Shown here piece after piece: positions 47,607 through 55,670 of a stretch of DNA of 64,000 nucleotides (its first letter is position 1; each line of letters opens with the position of its first letter). Source of the stretch: an uncultured virus (IMG/VR IMGVR_UViG_3300010348_001898) (Duplodnaviria; Heunggongvirae; Uroviricota; Caudoviricetes); the IMG/VR virus record IMGVR_UViG_3300010348_001898, positions 1 through 64,000 of that record, one strand, 5' to 3'. Both the position numbers and the translations under genes were made by a program. The notes below the pieces were generated by a model. The model saw only the letters and a list, made by a program, of their open reading frames with translations. It was not told where the DNA came from and searched no databases.

Positions 47607-48333
47607 ATTTTATATAAAACCATTGTATTTTTTTATCCCAGTTATTGGTTTCCTTAAAGAAATACTGATCATTATCTGTTGATTTAATAACATATACACC
47701 TGTTGATGATGTTTTAAGTGTTTCAGTTCTTAACACAATTACTTTATCTTTATCAATTTTATTATCTGTAATTATTTTAATACCACTTAGAAAGTTATTA
47801 TTTTCAATAGAAAGATAGAATCTTTCGTATTGAGTAATTGGATTCATCAAAACTACATTTGCTGGTCCTACTCGACCATTCATAGCAATTAAATTACCAC
47901 CCATCAATACTTTTGACATAATCATTCTTTCGAGTTGATTTACATCAGTTGAGCTTGAAACTGTAACATCTGTTAAAGTTTGTTTACTATTTACTGTGTG
48001 ATTTATATAAAAATCTAAAACCTCGTTATATAAGTCTTCATACGAAATGAATTTTTTACCACTTATAGAACTTTCAAATATCTTCATAGATATAGTAGGA
48101 AAGTCATCTTGATCTTTTATAAAAACTCGATCATTTAATTTCTCTTCTTTTTCTTCTCCTAATAAAACATCAATAGTAATTTCTCTATTCATAGCTATGT
48201 TTTCAGCTTTATTTTCTTCAACTGCGTCTAAAAAATGAAACTTAGCAACATTACTACCAATTGCTTTCTCATCAAAGCAACATATATCTTTTAATTTCTC
48301 TTTGAATTCTTCCTCTCTATTAAAATGTATCAT
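47605..48333 (-). CDS. protein with degenerate gp23-like major-capsid C-terminal segment
   Basis: IMSKVLMGGNLIAMNGRVGPANVVLMNP and LSGIKIITD..KVIVLR..GVY. Confidence 0.55.
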   Translation of the reverse strand: MIHFNREEEFKEKLKDICCFDEKAIGSNVAKFHFLDAVEENKAENIAMNREITIDVLLGEEKEEKLNDRVFIKDQDDFPTISMKIFESSISGKKFISYEDLYNEVLDFYINHTVNSKQTLTDVTVSSSTDVNQLERMIMSKVLMGGNLIAMNGRVGPANVVLMNPITQYERFYLSIENNNFLSGIKIITDNKIDKDKVIVLRTETLKTSSTGVYVIKSTDNDQYFFKETNNWDKKIQWFYIK

Positions 48334-49078
48334 ATAAATTTTTCATTCCTATTTTTTGAAAACTCATGTTTATGGTTTTTGCTAAATCTTCTTTTTTAAG
48401 ATTACATAAGTTATTTAGTAACTGTAAGTTATTTTGATAAAGTTTCATATCTGGTTGTACTCTACTATGATACAAGTGATAGCATCGGTTAGGCATTTCG
48501 GTCCAAGTTAAAAAGTTTTTAACCTTATGTGATATAAAGTCATCTTCTGCACCCCAACCCTTAAAGTCTTCATTCCAACCAGCTATTTTGTGTATAGCTG
48601 CTTTTCTGAAAATACAAATTCCACCGCATAATGGAACTTTTTGATGATCAGTTTCGCCTCTACCCGGTCTATCTATTTTGAAAATTTGATCAAATGGTTG
48701 ATTAGATTCATGTGGTTGTAAATCAACCACTGATTTATATGGATTTACCATCTCGAATTTATCAAGTTGTTTAATTGCTTCTATAAATTGGTTGGGTTCC
48801 ATAACTAAATCTGCATCTGAGAAAACAATTACATCAGATTTAGCATATTTAAGAGCTACATTAAAAGCCCAAGATTTATTATAAGCTTTATCTGATTTAA
48901 GAAATATATGTCTTGCTTTAATATTTAAGTGTGATATTTTTGAGTGCTTATCTTGCTCAATAACAATTACATCAACATTGCTAAATCCGTTTACCCAATC
49001 TAATGCTCTTTTAAGATTATTAAATCGTTCTAAGTTATGTCTATAACCTATTATATAAGTGAAAGAATATTTATTCAT
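48320..49078 (-). CDS. GT-A fold glycosyltransferase (GT2/GT7-like)
   Basis: VIEQD, NKSWAFNVA, DxD motif FSDAD, GWNEDFKGWGAEDD, YHLYH. Confidence 0.88.
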   Translation of the reverse strand: MNKYSFTYIIGYRHNLERFNNLKRALDWVNGFSNVDVIVIEQDKHSKISHLNIKARHIFLKSDKAYNKSWAFNVALKYAKSDVIVFSDADLVMEPNQFIEAIKQLDKFEMVNPYKSVVDLQPHESNQPFDQIFKIDRPGRGETDHQKVPLCGGICIFRKAAIHKIAGWNEDFKGWGAEDDFISHKVKNFLTWTEMPNRCYHLYHSRVQPDMKLYQNNLQLLNNLCNLKKEDLAKTINMSFQKIGMKNLYDTF

Positions 49079-49112
49079 TCTAAATTATTATTTTTTATTT
49101 ATATTATATATA

Positions 49113-49259
49113 TTAAACTTGTTGAGGATTTTTCCAATCTTTATGAGTTGTGATTGCTAACATTTGTTTATTTGTTAGTTCGTTAGGATTCCATCCCATC
49201 TTTTTGCAGTATTCAATTAAAAAGTTTTCTTTCTTAATTAATAAATCTTTTTTGGTCAT
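49113..49259 (-). CDS. small hypothetical protein (48 aa)
   Basis: Manual ORF MTKKDLLIKKENFLIEYCKKMGWNPNELT... Confidence 0.6.
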   Translation of the reverse strand: MTKKDLLIKKENFLIEYCKKMGWNPNELTNKQMLAITTHKDWKNPQQV

Positions 49260-49287
49260 GTGTTTTTATTTTTATATATAATTTTTG

Positions 49288-49295
49288 TATATTTG
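49288..49295 (+). promoter_or_regulatory. Bacteroidota-type -7 promoter element
   Basis: TATATTTG(C) just upstream of the ATG at 49300. Confidence 0.45.
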
Positions 49296-49299
49296 CCGT

Positions 49300-49881
49300 A
49301 TGGTATTCAAAGTAAGAGGTATATTAGAATTTAGTCCGCAGGATAAAACTAAGAAGCACGAACGTCAAGCTTCTTGGAAGAGAGTTGCTATGATTAAAAC
49401 TGACTGTGAAATAGATAGATACTATGCATGGTTCTTGAAAAAAAGATTTAACCTTGAATTAAATAAAAACTTAAGAGGAACTCACGTTACCTTTGTCAAT
49501 GATAGAATGGATTTTGAAGTTTTTGAGCAAGCTTCTAAAATCTTTAATGGTAAGGAAATTGATTTTTATGTTGAAACTGAACCGAGATCTAATGGTGAGC
49601 ACTGGTGGTTAAGAGTTTATTGCCAAGATGCAGAAATAATAAGAGAAAGTATGGGCTTGAGTAGAGAACCATTCTATGGAATGCACTTAACTTTAGGTCA
49701 CGCTGTTGTTAAGTATCCAGAAGCGGTTGAAGTTAGTGAAAACTCTGCTATAAAAGTTAAGAAAGATTATTTAGAACACTCTGAATATATCTTAGAATGT
49801 TGTAAAAGACACGAGTTGATCTCAAATGAACCAAGAATGCCATTTGAACAGCAAGAAATTATAGAATTCAAAGAGGACTAA
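49300..49881 (+). CDS. 2H phosphoesterase family protein
   Basis: Two HxT motifs, GTHVTFV and GMHLTLG, about 65 aa apart. Confidence 0.65.
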   Translation: MVFKVRGILEFSPQDKTKKHERQASWKRVAMIKTDCEIDRYYAWFLKKRFNLELNKNLRGTHVTFVNDRMDFEVFEQASKIFNGKEIDFYVETEPRSNGEHWWLRVYCQDAEIIRESMGLSREPFYGMHLTLGHAVVKYPEAVEVSENSAIKVKKDYLEHSEYILECCKRHELISNEPRMPFEQQEIIEFKED

Positions 49882-49892
49882 TAGTCCTCTTT
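49870..49892. terminator. intrinsic terminator
   Basis: AAAGAGGACTA-A-TAGTCCTCTTT. Confidence 0.75.
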
Positions 49893-49945
49893 TTTATTTC
49901 AACAAACTTGTTTTATAATCATATAAATAAAAATAAAAATTTATA

Positions 49946-50776
49946 ATGATTAAAGCTGATTTATATTATAAAGAAAATCTAAGAAAAATATTGGAAGAGG
50001 GAACGATGGACAGAAATCCTCGTCCTAAATATAAAGATGGTCAAGATGCAAATAGCATATTTATAACTCAAGTTTTTGAGGAATATGATTTATCAAAAGG
50101 AGAATTTCCTATTACTACACTAAGAAATACTGCAATTAAAACAGGAATCAATGAGATTTTATGGATATATCAAGATCAAGACTCTAATTTAGAAACAGCA
50201 CATAAAAGAAATATAATGTGGTGGGATGATTGGAATATTGGTAATGGAACAATTGGTCAAAGATATGGTGCGACTATAAGAAAGTGGAATTTACTTGACA
50301 ACCTTCTAGTGAGTTTAAGAGAAGATCCTTTTTCAAGAAGACATATTATTAATATGTTACAAGAGTCAGATCTGAAGCAAACAAATGGTTTATATCCTTG
50401 TGCTTACGAAACTATTTGGTCAGTAAGAGAAGTTGATGGTAAGATGTTTTTAGATATGACTCTAAATCAAAGAAGTAATGATTATATTATGGCTGGGTAT
50501 ATCAATAAAATACAATATGTAGCTTTACAAATGATGGTCGCATCTGACTTAGGATATAAGGTTGGTAAATTCTGTCATTATGTTCAGAATCTACATATTT
50601 ATGATAGACATATTGAAGCCGCTAAAGAGTTATTAGAAAGAGAACCTTTAGAGAAACAACCAAAGTTAGAATTAAAGTCTGGTTTAAGTTTTTATGACGT
50701 AACTGTTAATGATTTTAAGATTTCTAATATTAGTGGTATACAAAAAATAAAATCAGAATTAGAAATAGCGATATGA
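49946..50776 (+). CDS. thyA: thymidylate synthase
   Basis: FPITTLR, EILW, catalytic LYPC, QRSND...N, NLHIYDRH. Confidence 0.95.
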   Translation: MIKADLYYKENLRKILEEGTMDRNPRPKYKDGQDANSIFITQVFEEYDLSKGEFPITTLRNTAIKTGINEILWIYQDQDSNLETAHKRNIMWWDDWNIGNGTIGQRYGATIRKWNLLDNLLVSLREDPFSRRHIINMLQESDLKQTNGLYPCAYETIWSVREVDGKMFLDMTLNQRSNDYIMAGYINKIQYVALQMMVASDLGYKVGKFCHYVQNLHIYDRHIEAAKELLEREPLEKQPKLELKSGLSFYDVTVNDFKISNISGIQKIKSELEIAI

Positions 50777-50922
50777 GAGAATTGACTTTACCTGAGAGAA
50801 TTGAATTATTTTGTGAGAAGTATAAAAAACATATTTCCTATGGTGATGACTTAGGGCATGATGATTTAGATAATCATGATATTCCAAGATTTGTTGAAAC
50901 AAATGAGGAAAAATATATATAA
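50773..50922 (+). CDS. small hypothetical protein (49 aa)
   Basis: Manual ORF MRELTLPERIELFCEKY...; ATGA overlap with the thyA stop. Confidence 0.55.
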   Translation: MRELTLPERIELFCEKYKKHISYGDDLGHDDLDNHDIPRFVETNEEKYI

Positions 50923-50942
50923 ATAAAAAATAATTTTATAGA

Positions 50943-51440
50943 ATGAGTAATATAACATCTATGGATTATATGGAAAGTATCGTTGAGCAAATAAAAAACA
51001 TAGATACTGATAATTTACCTAATATAATTCCTGATTCAGAAAAAACAAAATCTTCTGTTGTGGAAGAACAAAAAATTTATTTTTGGATTAGACTTTACCT
51101 AAAAGATGAATGTGATAATATTGAAATAGGTGATGATATTTGTATTACTTATACTCCTTCTAGTGAGAAGCTTAAGACAAAATTTGTATGTTATGGTAAA
51201 GCAAATATAAATAAAGATTATGATCATGAAATCATAAGTTATAATGCTGCGGATGATAAAAAAGTTCTTTGTTTGATGGTTGATGAAAATGAAGTTAACT
51301 ATTCTGATGAAATACCTTTTATTAGAACTTTGTTTAAAACTGGTAGGCATTATGAATATCAATTAGTGAAAAGATCAGAACTTTTATTTATAATTGAAAG
51401 AAATGATTTTATTTTAGATTATTTCGATTGCACATTTTAA
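50943..51440 (+). CDS. hypothetical protein
   Basis: 165-aa ORF. Confidence 0.7.
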   Translation: MSNITSMDYMESIVEQIKNIDTDNLPNIIPDSEKTKSSVVEEQKIYFWIRLYLKDECDNIEIGDDICITYTPSSEKLKTKFVCYGKANINKDYDHEIISYNAADDKKVLCLMVDENEVNYSDEIPFIRTLFKTGRHYEYQLVKRSELLFIIERNDFILDYFDCTF

Positions 51441-51441
51441 T

Positions 51442-51633
51442 ATGATAGATATATTTTTCATAGAATTTTTTGTAAAAAAGAAATACAACAAAAGCTTAGA
51501 GGAATATTTTTGCGTAAATAGACCAACAGCTTCTAAATGGCGTAATATTAAATTTCCTAAAAGTAGATTATATGAGTTTTTACATAGAGAGGGAACACTT
51601 GATGTAATTGAATTAGTTAAAAGAATATACTAG
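51442..51633 (+). CDS. small HTH-like protein
   Basis: LEEYFCVNRPTASKWR resembles a Cro-type HTH. Confidence 0.55.
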   Translation: MIDIFFIEFFVKKKYNKSLEEYFCVNRPTASKWRNIKFPKSRLYEFLHREGTLDVIELVKRIY

Positions 51634-51674
51634 AGACAAGAAACATTTTTATATATACAAATAAAAATGTTTCT

Positions 51675-52262
51675 ATGAAAGTATGTAATGTATGTAATTT
51701 AGAACTAGATTTTAGTAAATTCTATAAGTCAACAAATAAGGATGGATTAAAGAATGAATGTAAGAGTTGCTACAATAATAAAAGATATGAATATAATAAA
51801 AATTATAAATTAAGTAATAAAGAAAGAATAGCAACTGTAAAGAAAGAATATTATTTAACTAATAAAGATTATATGATGAAAAAGCATACAGAATACTTAA
51901 ATTATAGATATAAAAATGACTTATTGTTTAGATTACTCATATTAAGTAGAAGTTCTATTAAAAATGCTTTTTTAAGTAAAGGTATTAAAAAAAGATCAAA
52001 AACTATTGAGTTGATAGGTTGTTCGCTATTTGAATTAAGAAATCACTTAGAATCAAAGTTTGAAAATTGGATGAACTGGAACAACCAAGGTTTGTATAAT
52101 GGTGATTTTAATTATGGATGGGATATAGATCATATAATTCCTTTATCATCTGCAAAAACAGAAGAAGAACTTATAAAGTTAACACATTATACAAATTTAC
52201 AACCTTTATGCAGTAAAATAAACAGAGATATAAAAAAAGACACATGGACACAGATTCGATAG
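51675..52262 (+). CDS. HNH homing endonuclease
   Basis: CxxC...CKSC N-terminus; WDIDHIIPLSSA...HYTNLQPL. Confidence 0.85.
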   Translation: MKVCNVCNLELDFSKFYKSTNKDGLKNECKSCYNNKRYEYNKNYKLSNKERIATVKKEYYLTNKDYMMKKHTEYLNYRYKNDLLFRLLILSRSSIKNAFLSKGIKKRSKTIELIGCSLFELRNHLESKFENWMNWNNQGLYNGDFNYGWDIDHIIPLSSAKTEEELIKLTHYTNLQPLCSKINRDIKKDTWTQIR

Positions 52263-52759
52263 AATATTTACTGTTAAATTACTTTAATGAAGTAATATGG
52301 GTTAAAGAAAATCCAGCTTTTTTTGATATTATTGAAAAGAGTAGGGTTAATGGTGAGCTAATTATAAATAATAAACAAGAAATATATCACTTAAAAGAGT
52401 TGTTGGTCTCTTCAATTGAAGAGCTTAACAACTCTTTATATTTACACCTATTAGATTGTAATAGCTATGATATAAGTTATTATACAAAGGGTATTAGAAA
52501 AATATTTGGTAATAATGATAGATTGATTTATAATGAATTATCAAAATTAGATCAAAAAAATACTTGGATCATAACTTCACAAAAGATATTAGAAAGATTT
52601 TTCTTTACTCGTAAGACAGTATGTTTTAATGTTTATGTTTGTGATTTATTTGATGATAAGATAGTTATTGGAAGTAAAGACTCAAAACTTATATTGAATG
52701 AAAATTTGAAAGAATTTTATTTAGATTTATCTAACATAAAGATATTAAACTTAAAATAA
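52244..52759 (+). CDS. hypothetical protein, possibly a highly degenerate gp23-like domain
   Basis: LVSSIEELNNSL, NTWIITS, FNVYVCD..DKIVIGSK. Confidence 0.55.
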   Translation: MDTDSIEYLLLNYFNEVIWVKENPAFFDIIEKSRVNGELIINNKQEIYHLKELLVSSIEELNNSLYLHLLDCNSYDISYYTKGIRKIFGNNDRLIYNELSKLDQKNTWIITSQKILERFFFTRKTVCFNVYVCDLFDDKIVIGSKDSKLILNENLKEFYLDLSNIKILNLK

Positions 52760-52783
52760 AAAAGTCGCTCAAAGCGACTTTTT
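52759..52783. terminator. bidirectional intrinsic terminator
   Basis: AAAAAGTCGCT-CAA-AGCGACTTTTT. Confidence 0.8.
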
Positions 52784-53111
52784 ATTCTATATATGTTATT
52801 TTCATATTTAATGATTTAGCTAATTCTATTTCGGCTAATACACCAGTAGATTTATCCCATCCATCTAATTTATAGACGAACATTTCATCACATTTGTATA
52901 AGAATGTTTCGCAAAAATTTTTCCAAAACTCCCAGTCTCCTGGCATTTCTTTATAGTTTAATAGAGTGTGTCCATAAACTATTGGTGACATAACTACCAT
53001 TCCGTTTGCAACTAATTCTGCAACTTTTTTACAAGTTAAATCATATCTATTTATTACAACACTTGGATCTTTATCCGAGTAAAGTGAAGCAAAGTAAAAC
53101 ATATTATTCAA
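52782..53111 (-). CDS. DUF1937 / nucleoside 2-deoxyribosyltransferase-like protein
   Basis: YFASLYS, SPIVYGH, GWDKSTGVLAEIELA. Confidence 0.75.
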   Translation of the reverse strand: MNNMFYFASLYSDKDPSVVINRYDLTCKKVAELVANGMVVMSPIVYGHTLLNYKEMPGDWEFWKNFCETFLYKCDEMFVYKLDGWDKSTGVLAEIELAKSLNMKITYIE

Positions 53112-53562
53112 TTCCTAATTCTCTAAGTTTAACATTTCTTTTATGAGCATCATCAACAATAAGTTGAACCATTTGTCTATCTACCCATTTATTTTGCATA
53201 AATTGAATTACACCACTTATTCTTTGTTGATCTGATGATATTTTTCTATCATCGGTGGTGAATCCAGTGGCTTTAACTTTAAGCTGTTTTTCGGAGACTT
53301 CTACAACTTCAAGTTCATATGTTCCGCTAAATGAATATGACTCTTTAGTTCCTTGACCATAAATCAATGAATAGTTTGGATAAATTACTTTATCACCTGG
53401 TTCAATAGCAATTAAATCATTTTTAATAGACTCTGCTTTTGTTTTAGCTTTACTAAGTTCATTATTTTGGTTTATCAAATCTAAATTATTAGTAAAAAGT
53501 TTATAGTTAAGTACGATGCTTACTAGTAATGCAACCGATAACGAAATTATTGCTGTAATCAT
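53104..53562 (-). CDS. membrane-anchored protein with C-terminal RNVKLRELGI tag
   Basis: N-terminal TM helix; ends KRNVKLRELGIE. Confidence 0.7.
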   Translation of the reverse strand: MITAIISLSVALLVSIVLNYKLFTNNLDLINQNNELSKAKTKAESIKNDLIAIEPGDKVIYPNYSLIYGQGTKESYSFSGTYELEVVEVSEKQLKVKATGFTTDDRKISSDQQRISGVIQFMQNKWVDRQMVQLIVDDAHKRNVKLRELGIE

Positions 53563-53573
53563 TTTATATTATT

Positions 53574-53837
53574 TTATAGTTCGTAATAAAGATCTGTAAA
53601 TAAAGGTGATCTTTTAATGATTCCTTTTATTAAATCAATTCCAATGTCTTGTAAAGCAAATTTGAATTCTATTTCATTTTCTACTTTTGTTAGAATTTCT
53701 CCGGATGCTAATACCTTTAAGTCACTTTTGTTGAAGTAAACATCAGTCTTTGTGTAGCCAGTTCCATGAGTAAAGTAGCCTAATTTACAAACACTTGTAA
53801 ATAAGGTTTCGGTTAATACTGTTCTTATCTCTTGCAT
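53574..53837 (-). CDS. hypothetical protein
   Basis: 87-aa ORF. Confidence 0.7.
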   Translation of the reverse strand: MQEIRTVLTETLFTSVCKLGYFTHGTGYTKTDVYFNKSDLKVLASGEILTKVENEIEFKFALQDIGIDLIKGIIKRSPLFTDLYYEL

Positions 53838-53954
53838 AATTGATTTTTGTTTTAATCTATATTAAAAAATGAGTTATATGTTTATAAATATATAAAAAAA
53901 TAATTTTTGATGTAAAAAAATTAATATATAACTCTACAAATATAATAATAAAAT

Positions 53955-55670
53955 ATGAGATGGATAAAAAAACGTGACTTATTTTTAAGCGAAGCTAAAA
54001 TTAAGGATTTAATTCTTCCTATACAAGCAAAGCAAGTTAAAGAATATTGGGGTGAAAAATATTTAGATTATGAAGAAGTTACACCTACTGATAAAATTGT
54101 TCAAGGAGTTTGGAAATTATCAGAGGAAGATAAGAATAAAGTTTTAAGTAAGTGGGCTGAGTGTGATATGGATCAACTATTTAAGTTATTCCAAGATCTA
54201 CCAGAACAATTTGGAAATGTACTTAATAAATCAATTAGTAGTGATGCGTATAGAGAAGACAACTTCTCAAAAGATGAATATCAAAGAATTTTTAATGATT
54301 TTGATATTAGACAACCTAAGTTAGATCAAATTTTTACAATGTTTGGTCCAGTTTTTAGAAAATTGTCTCTTACTGATACAATGGCGGATAGTATTATTGC
54401 AAAAGATGAGAATAATCGTCCTTTAAGAGATGAGAATGGTAATATGATTAGAACAATTAAAGCAAAAGGTGATTTAGCTTTTAGTAATAATATGATCAAT
54501 ATCAACTCTTTCCTTAGTGATTATAATGATTTGGTTGATAGATGTGTTGATGCAAAGATAGAAGGTTGGAAAGTAAGTGATAAAGTAACAGCTAACTTCT
54601 CTAATGATAGAAATATATCTCAATTTATAAACTTTGCTTCTACAAATAAAAACACCGATTATCAATTAGATTTTGAGATATTTAACAGAGACATTTATCT
54701 AAAGATAAATCACAATCCTAAAGATATATTAAATATGTCTATTTCTAAATTTTATGCTTCATGTCAGCATTTATATACTGGTGCTTATAGAAGACAAGTA
54801 TTATCTAATGTGTTTGATCCAAATAGTATTCCTGCTTTCTTAACATTTGAAACTCCAATATTTTGGAAAGGTGAAAAGATTTCAGATCAATTACCTTTAT
54901 CAAGGATGATTATTAGAAATATTGAGCAGTTTGATGTAAATGCAGAGACTAAATTATACTTTGATAGAGCTTATGAGGATAGATTGCAGAGTGTTTTTGA
55001 AGAAATAGTTACAAAATATACAGGAATGGTTTCTACAGCACAAAGAGGAGATAAATACTATTTCTCACCTGATGTTGATTTTGGTGATGATGATTTAAGC
55101 CCATCATATCAAGATAAGCTTTCCTTAGAGAGAGTTTTAAGAATTGGTAAAAATATTAAATCACTTACACTAAGTCAATTAACTTCTGGTCAAAGATATA
55201 TCGTTGATCCTAATGCTAAGATAAAAGAGTTGATTGTTGAAACATCTGATATTCCAGATTCTTTACTAAATCTAAACTTAAACTTGGATTGGATTAAATT
55301 TAAGTATTTAAGTATTAATACTCTTAATAATTTTGCTAATATTAAGACAGATAGTATTGCATTTGATAAATGTAAATTTGGTAATAATATTTTAGAAGAT
55401 ATGAACTCTATAAATCCAAATATTAAAAAGCTTCAAATTGTTAGCTGTGATAATACTACTTCTTTAGATTTCTCAATATTTGAAAATTTAGAAGAACTAC
55501 AAGTTATTTATACATTAGATAGCTATCAAGATCTTGCTAATTTATCTGTTAGTAAAAATCTTAAAAAGATGGTAATATCTGGTGACTTAGTAACTAAAGA
55601 AAGTAAACCTATAATTGGTTCATTAAAATCAAAAGGTATAAAAATTGAAATTGTTGGTCCAGTAATATGA
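53955..55670 (+). CDS. hypothetical protein with leader motif and C-terminal leucine-rich-repeat-like region
   Basis: MRWIKKRDLFLSE; IKSLTL, IKELIV, IKKLQI, LEELQV, LKKMVI repeats. Confidence 0.75.
   Translation: MRWIKKRDLFLSEAKIKDLILPIQAKQVKEYWGEKYLDYEEVTPTDKIVQGVWKLSEEDKNKVLSKWAECDMDQLFKLFQDLPEQFGNVLNKSISSDAYREDNFSKDEYQRIFNDFDIRQPKLDQIFTMFGPVFRKLSLTDTMADSIIAKDENNRPLRDENGNMIRTIKAKGDLAFSNNMININSFLSDYNDLVDRCVDAKIEGWKVSDKVTANFSNDRNISQFINFASTNKNTDYQLDFEIFNRDIYLKINHNPKDILNMSISKFYASCQHLYTGAYRRQVLSNVFDPNSIPAFLTFETPIFWKGEKISDQLPLSRMIIRNIEQFDVNAETKLYFDRAYEDRLQSVFEEIVTKYTGMVSTAQRGDKYYFSPDVDFGDDDLSPSYQDKLSLERVLRIGKNIKSLTLSQLTSGQRYIVDPNAKIKELIVETSDIPDSLLNLNLNLDWIKFKYLSINTLNNFANIKTDSIAFDKCKFGNNILEDMNSINPNIKKLQIVSCDNTTSLDFSIFENLEELQVIYTLDSYQDLANLSVSKNLKKMVISGDLVTKESKPIIGSLKSKGIKIEIVGPVI

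Noticed and set aside
49946..50776. dCMP hydroxymethylase rather than ThyA
   Set aside because: Keeps the Asn that specifies dUMP and has a canonical ThyA length and motifs
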